Assembly: GCF_042685085.1 (NCBI RefSeq)
Contig: NZ_JBHUMM010000007.1
Location: 177,846-241,845 of the forward strand
Direction: 5' to 3'
Source: Marinicrinis sediminis
GTDB taxonomy: Bacteria; Bacillota; Bacilli; Paenibacillales; KCTC-33676
Length of the DNA stretch: 64,000 nt
The notes below the pieces were generated by a model. The model had not been told where the DNA came from and searched no databases. It worked only from the letters and a program-made list of their open reading frames with translations. The translations under genes and the position numbers were made by a program. Shown here one piece after another: positions 1 through 9,476 of this stretch (the first letter of the stretch is position 1; each line of letters opens with the position of its first letter).

Positions 1-220
1 TCACGATCGGGTAGTTTGAGCCCATCCCCATAATTAGCGTCCCGATGATACTGGCGAATATGGTCGCCATAAACACCCCTTCAAAATCCATGCCTGCCTG
101 ACCTAGTACACCCGGGTTTACGATAACGATATACACCATGGTAAAAAAGGTTGTAATCCCGGCCATCACTTCCGTCTGTACGGTCGTGCCGCGCTCCTTC
201 AGTGCAAACCATCTGTTCAT
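1..220 (-). CDS. NCS2-family purine permease (PbuG/AzgA-like), N-terminal 73 codons; gene runs off the window start
   Basis: Minus-strand translation from an ATG near 220 gives MNRWFALKERGTTVQTEVMAGITTFFTMVYIVIVNPGVLGQAGMDFEGVFMATIFASIIG..., typical of hypoxanthine/guanine permeases. A GGGAGG RBS sits about 8 nt upstream. It is absent from the ORF track because it is truncated by the window edge. Confidence 0.6.
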   Translation of the reverse strand, partial: MNRWFALKERGTTVQTEVMAGITTFFTMVYIVIVNPGVLGQAGMDFEGVFMATIFASIIGTLIMGMGSNYPIV

Positions 221-234
221 AAGATGCTGCCTCC

Positions 235-390
235 CTTGCCTTTCTTTCTATTGTTTTCTGTTCAAACAAATAAATCCTACCTATTCGTACAGGAGCCGTT
301 TTAGATAGACGGATCCCGTACTCGTAGTTAGGATCGCTTGGCTCCTTGTAGAAACCCTCAAACCATCTTTATGAGGATATACGAGTGAAT
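235..390 (-). promoter_or_regulatory. Candidate purine (G-box) riboswitch in the 5' leader of the permease gene
   Basis: Minus-strand RNA reads CUCGUAUAUCCUCAUAAAGAUGGUUUGAGGGUUUCUACAAGGAGCC...GAUCCUAACUACGAG. It has P1 pairing (CUCGUA/UACGAG), an L2-like GAUGG loop and the conserved J2/3 GUUUCUAC. A C immediately precedes the 3' strand of P1, which suggests the guanine type. The context is classic: upstream of a pbuG-like gene. Confidence 0.5.
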
Positions 391-609
391 GTTCTATGCG
401 TGATGATAGGTGATGATACGTGCGTGATTCATTTTGCCTTTCATAGATTATCTGAACACGGTGGAAAAGTCAATCCGTTTTTCGTGGATTTCTCTCTTCT
501 TTCCGAACAATTGCATTTTATGTACCGACATCGTTCGTTTATGATAGATATCGGTGCAAATGAAAGACCCCTTTTCACAAGGGGCCTTTCACCTTCGGAT
601 ACAGTTTGC

Positions 610-3600
610 TTAGATCAAGTTGGCTTTACTTAGCAGCTGCCGAATCATCACGGCTGCTTCTGCACGGGTTACCATCGCTTTTGGAGCCAGTTCATGCTTG
701 GATCTGCCAGCAATCACGCCGGCCTGCAAGCTGTTGGACACACTTTGCCATGCCCAATCGGACACCGCCTTCCCATCCTCGAAGACAGCCAGCATACGCT
801 CCGCATCAGCCGCAGCGACTTCTATCTGCAGGTCGGTCAGCTTCATCGCTCCATTCAGCATGACCATCGCCTGCTCTCTCGTTACCGGTTCACCGGGACG
901 GAAGGTCTCGTCTTCAAATCCCTGCACCAGCCCTTTCTGATAGGCGGTTTCGATTCCATCCTGATACCATCTGTCCGCTGTGACATCCGTAAAGGAGGAA
1001 TCCGCTTCACGCTCCAGCCTCATGCCAAGGGCTCGAACGAGCATCGCTGTGAATTCAGCACGGGTGACAGATTGGTCAGGTCGATAAGTCTGATCTTCAA
1101 ATCCGCTTGTCACCAGTCTGCCGCCTAGATCCTCAACCGATTCCTTCGCCCAATGATTCTCCATATCCTCAAATTCGGTCGAATGCCAGATCAAGCCATA
1201 GGTGCTATTGGTAAGACTGTGAATGACGGCGACCATTTCACCCTCCACCTGGGTGATCTGGGTTGGTACATGTCGAAGCAGTCCATCATTATCCATAACC
1301 ACAGCTGTAGAAACCTGATTATTGCTAAAATCTAATGGCATGGGGATGCTTCTCGATACGAAGCGACTGAAATCTGTAATGGAGTTCATCCGGTCTCCCA
1401 CCGAGGCCGTAATCGTAAAATCAACAGGATTGGCGGCCAGCGAAACCCCTTGCTGAGCAACCGCCAGTTCCAGAAGCTGAATGGTCTGCTCCTCCGGTTT
1501 TGAAATTTGAAGTTCAATCTTTACCTCAGACGGACTCACTTCAGTGCCAAACTGTTTCATCAACGTCTCTATATTCAATTGCTGAGCGGGAAGGGTATAT
1601 TGGGCCTGATTCGTTTGAACATCCAGCACAGCCGTTCTGGCGCTCATGTTCTGCACCATCTGCCCATTTAACTGCGCAACCGTCCGATCAGCATCTTGAT
1701 CCATCACGACAGAAATACGGGCTCCATCTCCCTCTTCCTGCAGACGCTTATCCAGCACCTGCTGGTCTAAAATGAGTGTAGCGGTCGTTCTTCCTGAATG
1801 GTTCTCTAGCTTGACTTTCCCTGCTTGAATCGGCTTGCCGTTCACGAGCACTTCTGCACGTTCGTCCGCAGGCACATTCACACTTCCAGCCGGATCACGC
1901 GGAATGACGGATTGAGATGGCGAGGAAGCCAGGCCCGTCCCCGCTTCATTGATGGCGCGAACGGTAAAGGAATAACTCTGAAAAACATCCAGGTTCTCTA
2001 CGACAATCGGACTGCTCGTTCCTGTCGCCTGCAGCCCTCCTGGCGAAGCGGTCACTTCATAACCCGTAATCGGTCTTCCTCCATCATCCTCCGGTGCGGT
2101 GAAATACACCGTCGCTTTGCGATGCGCCGCATTCGCTCTTACCTCAGTCGGGGCGCCTGGAACAGCCTTGGGTGAGGCACTCACCTGAGTCGCATAGGGG
2201 CTGTCTCCCATCTGATTGGATGCGACGACCGTATAATAATACGTCGATCCATTGGTTAATCCGCTAGCCTCATACGCATACACCGATCCGGTCACAGTCG
2301 CAATGGCGTCCCCGTAGGTCGCTTCTGTGACACTTTGATAGATCTGATAGCGATCCGCTCCATATACCGGATTCCAGCGCACCGTCACCTGACGGTCTGC
2401 TTCCTCCGCGGCTGTGATCACCGGTTTATTCGGAGCTTCATACCATTGGGTGATCCCCAGAAAGAGATTGCCGCTCTCATCTTCAAATGCCTGCGCGTCT
2501 ATATCGAGATAATACACCTCTCCATCCTCAAGCGGGACATCCAGCGTGACGGTCACGATCAGCCCTGTTGCCACGATACGCGGGTCCGTAAGCTCCAGCT
2601 GCTGATGCACCGACTGATCGCTTGCCTTTCGAATGGTCAAATAGGTGCCCGCAACAGGCGTCACATACTCATCCATGACGATTTGAACCTGATTTCTCAT
2701 CGCAGCATGTCCGTCCGTTTGAAAGTGCAGACTTTCCACCGCTGGCGTTGAGATATCTGCGGGCTGAATTTTACGAATGACATCATTCGTCTTGTCCGCG
2801 ACATACATGATCCCCTTGCTGTTAAACGCAACGCCTGTCGGATAATTAAACGTGGCATCCTTGGCATTGTTGCCGTCTCCACTGTATCCATTTACCCCTG
2901 TTCCAGCCACATGGGTGATATAGCCGGATTGCATATCGATCTTACGGATCATAAAGCCGTCTCTCTCCACAACATACAGGTCTCCCTGTGCATCAAACTC
3001 AACAGACCACGGCCGGTTTATAGCCGCATCGATTGCCAATCCGTCGGTGCCGCTTGTCATTTTCACGCCCGTTCCGGCAATAGTCGTGATGATACCGGTG
3101 TTCACATCGACCTTGCGAATCTGGTTACCCGTTTCCTCCGCAATATAGATATGTCCATCGGGTCCCACTTCCACATCATAGGTTCCTCTTAACAAAGCCT
3201 CTACCGCAGGCCCATTGTCTGCATCCGTACCCACCAGGCTGCCACCGCCCGCAAAGGTCTCGATGTTGCCCGTCTGTGCATCCACTTTGCGGATTCGACC
3301 GTTCATGCCATCTGCGATGTACATATCCCCATTGGCGGCAAAATCAACCGCATAAGGAAGAGCCATCCGCGCTTCCGTGGCCGGTCCTCCGTCTCCATCA
3401 AAGCCCCAGCCTGTGACACTTCCAGCTACGGTCTGGATGATGCCGGTATTTGCATCAATTTTCCGAATGCGATCATTATAGGAATCGACCACGTACAGAT
3501 TGCCTTGCGGATCAAATTGAAGATTTCCAGGGTTGTTCAGTTGCGCTTGTATAGCCGGTCCTCCATCTCCACTAAAACCTGGCGTGCCCGTACCCGCGAT

Positions 3601-3903
3601 GGTGGTTATGATCCCCGTCCGGTAATTCAATTTGCGAATTCGGTGATTTTGTTGATCGGCAATATAGAGATTGTCTTCTCCATCTATCACCATATTAAAT
3701 GGATTGGCCAGTCCGGCTGACTTCGCCGAAATGCCGTCCCCGATATAGCTAGCAAAGCCCGTTCCTGCAACGTGATGAATGGTCAGTGGCTCAGCTGGAC
3801 CTGGCAAGATATCGATCGCCATCGCCCTGCCCGGCAGCCCTGTACTGATCGCCATGATCACGAGTAATAAAATAGAAAGTCCTTTCTTGTAGATACGTGT
3901 CAT
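610..3903 (-). CDS. Large cell-surface protein: signal peptide, NHL-repeat beta-propeller region, Fn3-like domains, C-terminal triple SLH (S-layer homology) domains
   Basis: 1097-aa ORF. N-terminal signal MTRIYKKGLSILLLVIMAISTGLPGRAMA. Repeated NHL-like motifs (YIAD/YVVD...IRKI/IRKV). Fn3-like segments (YTVVASN, FTVRAIN). C-terminal SLH-like repeats (FEDQTYRPDQSVTRAEFTAMLVRALG..., FEDETFRPGEPVTREQAMVML...). Confidence 0.85.
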   Translation of the reverse strand: MTRIYKKGLSILLLVIMAISTGLPGRAMAIDILPGPAEPLTIHHVAGTGFASYIGDGISAKSAGLANPFNMVIDGEDNLYIADQQNHRIRKLNYRTGIITTIAGTGTPGFSGDGGPAIQAQLNNPGNLQFDPQGNLYVVDSYNDRIRKIDANTGIIQTVAGSVTGWGFDGDGGPATEARMALPYAVDFAANGDMYIADGMNGRIRKVDAQTGNIETFAGGGSLVGTDADNGPAVEALLRGTYDVEVGPDGHIYIAEETGNQIRKVDVNTGIITTIAGTGVKMTSGTDGLAIDAAINRPWSVEFDAQGDLYVVERDGFMIRKIDMQSGYITHVAGTGVNGYSGDGNNAKDATFNYPTGVAFNSKGIMYVADKTNDVIRKIQPADISTPAVESLHFQTDGHAAMRNQVQIVMDEYVTPVAGTYLTIRKASDQSVHQQLELTDPRIVATGLIVTVTLDVPLEDGEVYYLDIDAQAFEDESGNLFLGITQWYEAPNKPVITAAEEADRQVTVRWNPVYGADRYQIYQSVTEATYGDAIATVTGSVYAYEASGLTNGSTYYYTVVASNQMGDSPYATQVSASPKAVPGAPTEVRANAAHRKATVYFTAPEDDGGRPITGYEVTASPGGLQATGTSSPIVVENLDVFQSYSFTVRAINEAGTGLASSPSQSVIPRDPAGSVNVPADERAEVLVNGKPIQAGKVKLENHSGRTTATLILDQQVLDKRLQEEGDGARISVVMDQDADRTVAQLNGQMVQNMSARTAVLDVQTNQAQYTLPAQQLNIETLMKQFGTEVSPSEVKIELQISKPEEQTIQLLELAVAQQGVSLAANPVDFTITASVGDRMNSITDFSRFVSRSIPMPLDFSNNQVSTAVVMDNDGLLRHVPTQITQVEGEMVAVIHSLTNSTYGLIWHSTEFEDMENHWAKESVEDLGGRLVTSGFEDQTYRPDQSVTRAEFTAMLVRALGMRLEREADSSFTDVTADRWYQDGIETAYQKGLVQGFEDETFRPGEPVTREQAMVMLNGAMKLTDLQIEVAAADAERMLAVFEDGKAVSDWAWQSVSNSLQAGVIAGRSKHELAPKAMVTRAEAAVMIRQLLSKANLI

Positions 3904-4071
3904 TCTTTACCCTCCTGTAGTTGGCATTTATCCTGTGATGTGGCTCATGATGCGTTCGTCATGTTGGTTATGTATGGGATTGCATATATTCCACACTTGG
4001 TAAAAAATTCGACAAATTGTACGGAACTCCTTGTTTATTATCACAGTCCGTTCCCGCGACTTGCCGACAAA

Positions 4072-4106
4072 TAAACCCCTCTGTCAGCTTTCCGACAGAG
4101 GGGTTT
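4072..4106 (-). terminator. Rho-independent terminator hairpin at the 3' end of the DUF1232 gene
   Basis: The stem CCCCTCTGTC/GACAGAGGGG has an AGCTTTCC loop. It is followed on the minus strand by a U-rich tract (UUUAUUUGUC). Confidence 0.45.
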
Positions 4107-4611
4107 CGTCTTCACCGATATGTTCCGCGTCTCCAAATAATTCATCTACTCTCTGCCTGGCCTTGTCTTTCATCTCCTGACTGATATTCATAGCGACCAT
4201 CCCGATTGCCCAGGCAAGAGCTGACAAATCATCGGTGTAGCCGACCGCAGGAATCAAATCCGGAATGAGATCGAGCGGGAGAATAAAGTAGCCGAGCGCG
4301 CCATAAATTTGAATCTTGGCTTTCAGCGGTGTATGGGGGCTTTGCAGAGCGTAATAGAGCAACAGTCCGCTGTATACGGTTTTCTTACCGGCCTTTTTGC
4401 CTTTCTTCCGTACTTTGCGCCAGAACCCTTCATCGGAATAATAGGCCTGATAGCTTTCTGACTCTTCATTCATATGGGATCTTACTTCCAGCTCCTTGCC
4501 CATGTTGGATGTTAGTTCATGATGCTTTTTTGTGTTGGATGTTCCTTCCTGCTGCTTGTCGGTGTTGTTGTTGTGTTCCTCATCTATATTCGACTGGCTT
4601 GTCATTTCCAT
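4084..4611 (-). CDS. DUF1232 (YkvA-like) membrane protein
   Basis: 175 aa. The motif GALGYFILPLDLIPDLIPAVGYTDDLSALAWAIGMV is characteristic of DUF1232. The N-terminal part is charged and low-complexity. Confidence 0.7.
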   Translation of the reverse strand: MEMTSQSNIDEEHNNNTDKQQEGTSNTKKHHELTSNMGKELEVRSHMNEESESYQAYYSDEGFWRKVRKKGKKAGKKTVYSGLLLYYALQSPHTPLKAKIQIYGALGYFILPLDLIPDLIPAVGYTDDLSALAWAIGMVAMNISQEMKDKARQRVDELFGDAEHIGEDETPLSES

Positions 4612-4774
4612 TCCTCCTTGCGCGTTTGTGCCTTCTTTATACCCTCATTTCTTCGCGCTGACACCCGTAATCTCCTCTTCCCCAATTCTGGATGATTGCA
4701 TAACTTTCATCCAAGGAGAGGGAGGAATTTCCTTTCTTCTGGCGTATTCATTATATTTGGCAAAAAAATCGAAA

Positions 4775-6418
4775 ATGGATGGTGAACCCACATTGCGCAA
4801 AACCATGACCGCAAGCTTTATGACATTCGTATTATGGGTCAGTATGATTGGCATGGCCGTCACACCGGCCGCCGCGACCGCTCATGCTGACCAGACAGCT
4901 CAACCCGTAGTAGCCGATGAGAAATTGGCGGAGTGGATACACAGCGAGCTTTTACTCCCTGCAGACGCACCGGTTACGACAGATGATATCGCGATTTTGA
5001 CGGAGCTTCATATCGACGAGACGATGAACGTTGCCTCGTTGTCTGGGCTGGAGAACGCTACATTTCTGCAAGAACTGACCGTGCGTGGAAATAGGATCAG
5101 CCGTCTCACACCCCTAGCCCATCTGACAAATCTGCGTGTGCTGGATGTATCCGATAATCCGGTTCAGGATCTGAGTCCGCTATTGCAAATGCCCGCGCTG
5201 GAAACGGTACATATGAGCAGCGATATGATCTCTGATTCAGCTGACACGGTCAAACAATTGAGAGACAAGGGCATTCGGATTGTGGAACCTGTTAACGAAC
5301 CTGAGCATCCTTCCCGTCCCGCAATCCAGGTTTTCAACAATACCGAACCTGTTTCCTTCACCAAAGATCCTGTCATCATGAAGGGGACCACGATGGTGCA
5401 GTTCCGTCCTTTGTTTGAAACCTTCGGGATGGACGTTGAATGGGACGCTGCAACCCGCACCGTAACCGGAAAAAAGGAACAGCTCCTGATTGAGCTCACC
5501 ATGGACAGTCGCACTGCGAAAGTTAATGGCCAGCTTGTCTCCCTGCCGGTTGCCCCCCTTCTTCTTGACGGACATACGATGATTCCGCTTCGCTTCGTTG
5601 GAGAAGCAACGGGTCGCCGGGTGCTGTGGGACGGCGAGACGCAAACCATTGACATCTACACGAGCATTACCTCCATTAATCTCGAAATCCTGTACGCCGA
5701 TGATACCCGATACGAGGGTGAGAGACGGGACGGGGTTCCGCATGGGAAAGGAACCTTTACGCATAAAGGACAGATTTTCTATGAAGGCGAAGTCAGAGAC
5801 GGGATGATTGAAGGCCAAGGTAAAATGTATGATGTCATCTACCCCGCCTCCTACTATGAAGGAACTTTTGTGAACAACCGTTATCACGGTGAAGGGAAGC
5901 TCGTATACGGCAATGGACATTATTATATCGGTCCGTTTGTAGATGGAAACCGGGAAGGCGAAGGCAAGATGTATGACGATACGGACACCCTGCTCTATTC
6001 CGGCATGTTTCATGAAAATGCCTATAGTGGAAGCGGCATCGGTTATATGAACAACTACATGTATGAGGGAATGTATGCGAAAGGGACCTTCGAAGGATCA
6101 GGCAAGATGTATTATCAGGGGCGTCTGGTCTTTGAAGGAGAGTGGTCTCAGGGTGAGCGCAAGAACGGGAAGATGTATTTCTTCGGCAGCCTTATTTATG
6201 AAGGCAGCTTCGAAAATGATTACCAGCACGGCTTCGGTGTATTCTATGATGAGTCCGGCACCGTCCTCTATCGCGGACAAGTCGTACAAGGGGAGAAAAC
6301 CGGTGTTGGCATCCTTTATTATGAGAATAGGGACCGCTACATCGGCGAAGTCTTGAAGGGCGAACCCGTTGGACAAGGAGTACGGAAATCGGCAGATGGT
6401 ACGATCAAGTCACACTAG
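4775..6418 (+). CDS. Secreted multi-domain protein: signal peptide, leucine-rich repeats, copper-amine-oxidase-N-terminal-like domain, C-terminal MORN repeats
   Basis: The ORF track starts at 4532, but the plausible start is the internal ATG at 4775 (MDGEPTLRKTMTASFMTFVLWVSMIGMAVTPAAATAHA is a signal peptide). LRR (LTNLRVLDVSDNPVQDLSPL). CuAO-N-like stretch (KGTTMVQFRPLFETFGMDVEWDAATRTVTGKK...IPLRFV). Many MORN-like YEGE/YxGxxxxGxxxGxG repeats. Confidence 0.7.
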   Translation: MDGEPTLRKTMTASFMTFVLWVSMIGMAVTPAAATAHADQTAQPVVADEKLAEWIHSELLLPADAPVTTDDIAILTELHIDETMNVASLSGLENATFLQELTVRGNRISRLTPLAHLTNLRVLDVSDNPVQDLSPLLQMPALETVHMSSDMISDSADTVKQLRDKGIRIVEPVNEPEHPSRPAIQVFNNTEPVSFTKDPVIMKGTTMVQFRPLFETFGMDVEWDAATRTVTGKKEQLLIELTMDSRTAKVNGQLVSLPVAPLLLDGHTMIPLRFVGEATGRRVLWDGETQTIDIYTSITSINLEILYADDTRYEGERRDGVPHGKGTFTHKGQIFYEGEVRDGMIEGQGKMYDVIYPASYYEGTFVNNRYHGEGKLVYGNGHYYIGPFVDGNREGEGKMYDDTDTLLYSGMFHENAYSGSGIGYMNNYMYEGMYAKGTFEGSGKMYYQGRLVFEGEWSQGERKNGKMYFFGSLIYEGSFENDYQHGFGVFYDESGTVLYRGQVVQGEKTGVGILYYENRDRYIGEVLKGEPVGQGVRKSADGTIKSH

Positions 6419-6461
6419 AACGTTTAGAAGAGATCGACGTATTTAAGCGAATCTGCCATAA

Positions 6462-6499
6462 AACAAACCCGACCATGCGGTAGCTGGTCGGGTTTGTTC
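6462..6499. terminator. Bidirectional terminator between convergent genes
   Basis: A 13-bp stem AACAAACCCGACC/GGTCGGGTTTGTT with an 11-nt loop. T-rich on both sides. Confidence 0.55.
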
Positions 6500-6507
6500 G
6501 TTCCATG

Positions 6508-7863
6508 TTATTTATATTTATGCTGATCTTTCACACTGACTCTTCGTTGTCCGGCAAGTCGTCTTGCTGCCGGGACAATGATCGGTTCGGGTTCACCCGC
6601 TTCAGTCATCTTGGCTATCAGCCGTGTCCTCAGTTCTTCCAGTACGGGCTGATAAGGGTCCATGCCAATCAAATTCACCAACTCATACGGATCTGAATGA
6701 AGATCGTACAAGAATAACTCCTCATACTGATTCGATCCTGCATCCATGACGGGATCTTTGTCCGGCGCATGAACCGCATATTTCCAACGCTCTGTCCGGA
6801 TCGCTCGGCCAACTTGTGTTTCACTGATTTGAACCAGCACTTCTGATGGCCAGTCGCAGGACTTCCTTTGAACAAGGGGCAGCAGGGAGTGACCCTGCAT
6901 CTGCTCCGGAACGGGAATGCCCGCTGCATCCAGCAAAGTTGGGGGAAGATCAATCAGGCTGACCAGTTCATTGACCTGCCCTCCCCGATTAAAGACGGAG
7001 CCGCAAATCGCGGCAGGAATACGAATGGAGCTTTCATGACAGGAGCGTTTATACTCGGTATTTCTCGTCTTGAAATGACACCCGTGGTCCGATGTAAACA
7101 AGAGGATCGTGTTCTCCGACAATTGCAAGCTTTTCAGTGCATCTCGTATGCGGCCCAATGCTTCATCCAGTCTCTTCACCATGCCATAATAACCGCCCAA
7201 GTGCTGATGGCTGGTTCCTCCCAAAGCCGCCAGATCTGGCGGACACCAACGTCCGGTATACGACTCTTCATAACCCTCAGGAGCCGGATAATGATCGGAA
7301 TGATTCTGATGATGCGGCTCCAGATAGGATACCATGAGGAAAAACGGATCATCCTGATGCTGATCGATATATCGGATCGCTGCATCGGTCATCGCATCTA
7401 CCCGATAACCAGCCAATTTAATGGATTCGTTGCGATGATTGTATAGAACCGTATCATATGCATCCGATGAAAACTCCAACACGTTGGCCGCCAGCCAATC
7501 CTCGTATCCCCCTCGCTTTCGCTCAGGAACAGGTTCCTCATCTGCCAGGTGCCACTTGCCAATATAGCCCGTCCGATAACCCGCTTCCTTGAAATAGTGG
7601 GCCATCGTCTTGCTTTCTTTTGGCAACGGAATCGCGTTGCGATAGCAGCCTGTGGTGGTGGCATACTGTCCCGTTTGCAGACAGGACCTGGCGGGGCCAC
7701 AGACGGGCTGACTGGTGAAGGTATGGGCAAGATGCGTCCCCTGCCGGGCCATGCGGTCAAAGTTCGGTGTCAGATTCAACGGGTTGCCATGTACACCCGT
7801 TGTGTCCCACCGCTGCTGATCGGTAAAAAATACGATCACGTTTGGTTGCTGCTGTTTATTCAA
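6508..7863 (-). CDS. Formylglycine-dependent sulfatase (arylsulfatase family)
   Basis: 451 aa. N-terminal NVIVFFTDQQRWD. The CxPxR signature is at PVCGPARSCLQTGQY. GTHLAHTFTS is also present. Confidence 0.85.
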   Translation of the reverse strand: MNKQQQPNVIVFFTDQQRWDTTGVHGNPLNLTPNFDRMARQGTHLAHTFTSQPVCGPARSCLQTGQYATTTGCYRNAIPLPKESKTMAHYFKEAGYRTGYIGKWHLADEEPVPERKRGGYEDWLAANVLEFSSDAYDTVLYNHRNESIKLAGYRVDAMTDAAIRYIDQHQDDPFFLMVSYLEPHHQNHSDHYPAPEGYEESYTGRWCPPDLAALGGTSHQHLGGYYGMVKRLDEALGRIRDALKSLQLSENTILLFTSDHGCHFKTRNTEYKRSCHESSIRIPAAICGSVFNRGGQVNELVSLIDLPPTLLDAAGIPVPEQMQGHSLLPLVQRKSCDWPSEVLVQISETQVGRAIRTERWKYAVHAPDKDPVMDAGSNQYEELFLYDLHSDPYELVNLIGMDPYQPVLEELRTRLIAKMTEAGEPEPIIVPAARRLAGQRRVSVKDQHKYK

Positions 7864-7974
7864 GCTGATCCTCTCCTCTACTGCCTCTCTTATCCACGGG
7901 ATTGCGATCCTGATCCCAGGGTCTGTCTGGTTATTGCACCTGCATGGTCATGGCTTCCATGCCATTCATGCGTT

Positions 7975-9429
7975 CTATGGGCTCAGCGTCCACTGTACAT
8001 TGGACCCGACCCAGCCCGTGGAGCCCAGGTCTACATTGCCCGTAACAGGGTCGTAATGCAGTCTTCCACTCGAACCTGCTCCGAGATTGTCGATGTAATA
8101 TTTGCCGTTCCCTGCGGCATACAGTCTCCACTTGACGTTATTGCCGGTTTTGGTCGTTGAAACGGTGTCTACATTGCCCGTAGCAGGGTCGTAATGCAAA
8201 CGTCCTGACGTACCACCAGCATCATTATCAAGATAGAAATACATATCGTGTTCGGTGCTTTTCAGCTTCCAGGTCACCTGAGTACCTGACATCGTAACGG
8301 AAACGGTATCGACATTTCCTGTCCCGGCATCCCGGTTCATTCGTCCATTCGCTGCGCCGCCTACACTATCTACGGTCTTGGAACTTTGTCCGGTACTCCA
8401 TTGTCCAGTCGCCGCATCTAGTTGGAAAGAATCATAGTAATCCAGATAGATGGAGCTGCCACTGAATTGAATCGGCAGCCATACGTACGTGGAATCTCCC
8501 AGATAATTGGAATCGTGACGGTCGCCCACATAAATGTAAGAGGTCGTGGCACTGCCGTTCACGACAAGAATGTCGCTAGGCTGGGACTCATACGTAACTG
8601 AATTTCCGATATTTTGCATGGCACTCCAGCCACTCTGCACCGAACTGGAGGTCGCATATTTCATTTGATTGGCATTCCAGCCTGTCACACCCGATGTAAG
8701 CAGATAGTAGGTGGAGTTGGCTTTGAACATGACCGGTGCTTCTCTTCCTTCCAAGGCACGCGAACCACTTACAGAGCTTAGATAATCACTGGATAATTGA
8801 TCGATACAGATCGAACGTCCGGAATGGCCGTTTGCATTGACATTTTCTGCATAGACGAGGTAGGCCGTTCCGTCATCGTCCTGGAACAACGATAAATCTG
8901 CCGCTTCTCCACCCCACGGGGTCAGGTATTTCTCAAATGTAAAGTGCCCATCGATCGTATCGCTCGTCGCGATGGCAGCATATTTGGCGCCATTGACTTT
9001 GCGTTTCATGTACATGACGTATTTGCCGGTGCTCTGATTATAAATAACACTTGGTCTGGAGCCCGTTCCTCCGCTCGCAGCATCCGGCATGTCGTTGATA
9101 GTCAGTGCATCATTTACGTATTCCCAGTTCTTCAAAACGGTAGATCGATAGCTTTTGATCGTCCGGAAGACATTGTCATATACCCCTGTGCCATTCTCTC
9201 TCTGAGTACCAAATACATAATAATAACTGCCTACCTTGATGAAGCTCATCCCATGTGCGTCGATCGTATTGTTCGTGGTGTCATACCATGGAATGCCATT
9301 CGTCTTTGTTTCCACCTGGGCGGCCTGTACCATCAACGTACCAAACAGGGACATCACCAGCAGTAGCGACAGCACGACTTTGAATCCTTTTCTGGTTGTC
9401 GTTGTTTTGCTTGCATTGTGCAACATCAA
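7975..9429 (-). CDS. Secreted glycoside hydrolase, GH43-like five-bladed propeller (family uncertain), with C-terminal ricin-B/CBM13-like QxW repeats
   Basis: 484 aa. Signal peptide (KVVLSLLLVMSLFGTLMVQAAQV). N-terminal furanosidase-propeller-like motifs (DAHGMSFIKVGSYYYVFGT). Three C-terminal repeats of GRLHYDP(A/V)TGNVD...(QVTW/NVKW/NVQW). Confidence 0.65.
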   Translation of the reverse strand: MMLHNASKTTTTRKGFKVVLSLLLVMSLFGTLMVQAAQVETKTNGIPWYDTTNNTIDAHGMSFIKVGSYYYVFGTQRENGTGVYDNVFRTIKSYRSTVLKNWEYVNDALTINDMPDAASGGTGSRPSVIYNQSTGKYVMYMKRKVNGAKYAAIATSDTIDGHFTFEKYLTPWGGEAADLSLFQDDDGTAYLVYAENVNANGHSGRSICIDQLSSDYLSSVSGSRALEGREAPVMFKANSTYYLLTSGVTGWNANQMKYATSSSVQSGWSAMQNIGNSVTYESQPSDILVVNGSATTSYIYVGDRHDSNYLGDSTYVWLPIQFSGSSIYLDYYDSFQLDAATGQWSTGQSSKTVDSVGGAANGRMNRDAGTGNVDTVSVTMSGTQVTWKLKSTEHDMYFYLDNDAGGTSGRLHYDPATGNVDTVSTTKTGNNVKWRLYAAGNGKYYIDNLGAGSSGRLHYDPVTGNVDLGSTGWVGSNVQWTLSP

Positions 9430-9476
9430 CTCATCACCTCTTCATTAAAATTCGTGACGCCTCATGCAATCCTCTA

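Noticed and set aside
81-269. 62-aa minus-strand ORF at the window start.
   Set aside because: A different minus frame gives a clean NCS2 permease N-terminus with a strong RBS. The 62-aa ORF is an overlapping off-frame artefact.
620-3720. Multiple plus-strand ORFs (620-940, 694-1128, 1825-2175, 2335-2751, 2911-3192 and others) inside the SLH protein gene.
   Set aside because: These are shadow ORFs opposite a well-supported 1097-aa CDS, with no RBS or domain content. The same reasoning removes antisense ORFs inside the helicase, DptH-like and other long genes.
4532-4774. An 81-codon N-terminal extension of the LRR/MORN protein in the ORF track.
   Set aside because: The extension is Cys- and Ser-rich low complexity and overlaps the divergent DUF1232 gene. 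The signal peptide begins at the internal ATG at 4775.
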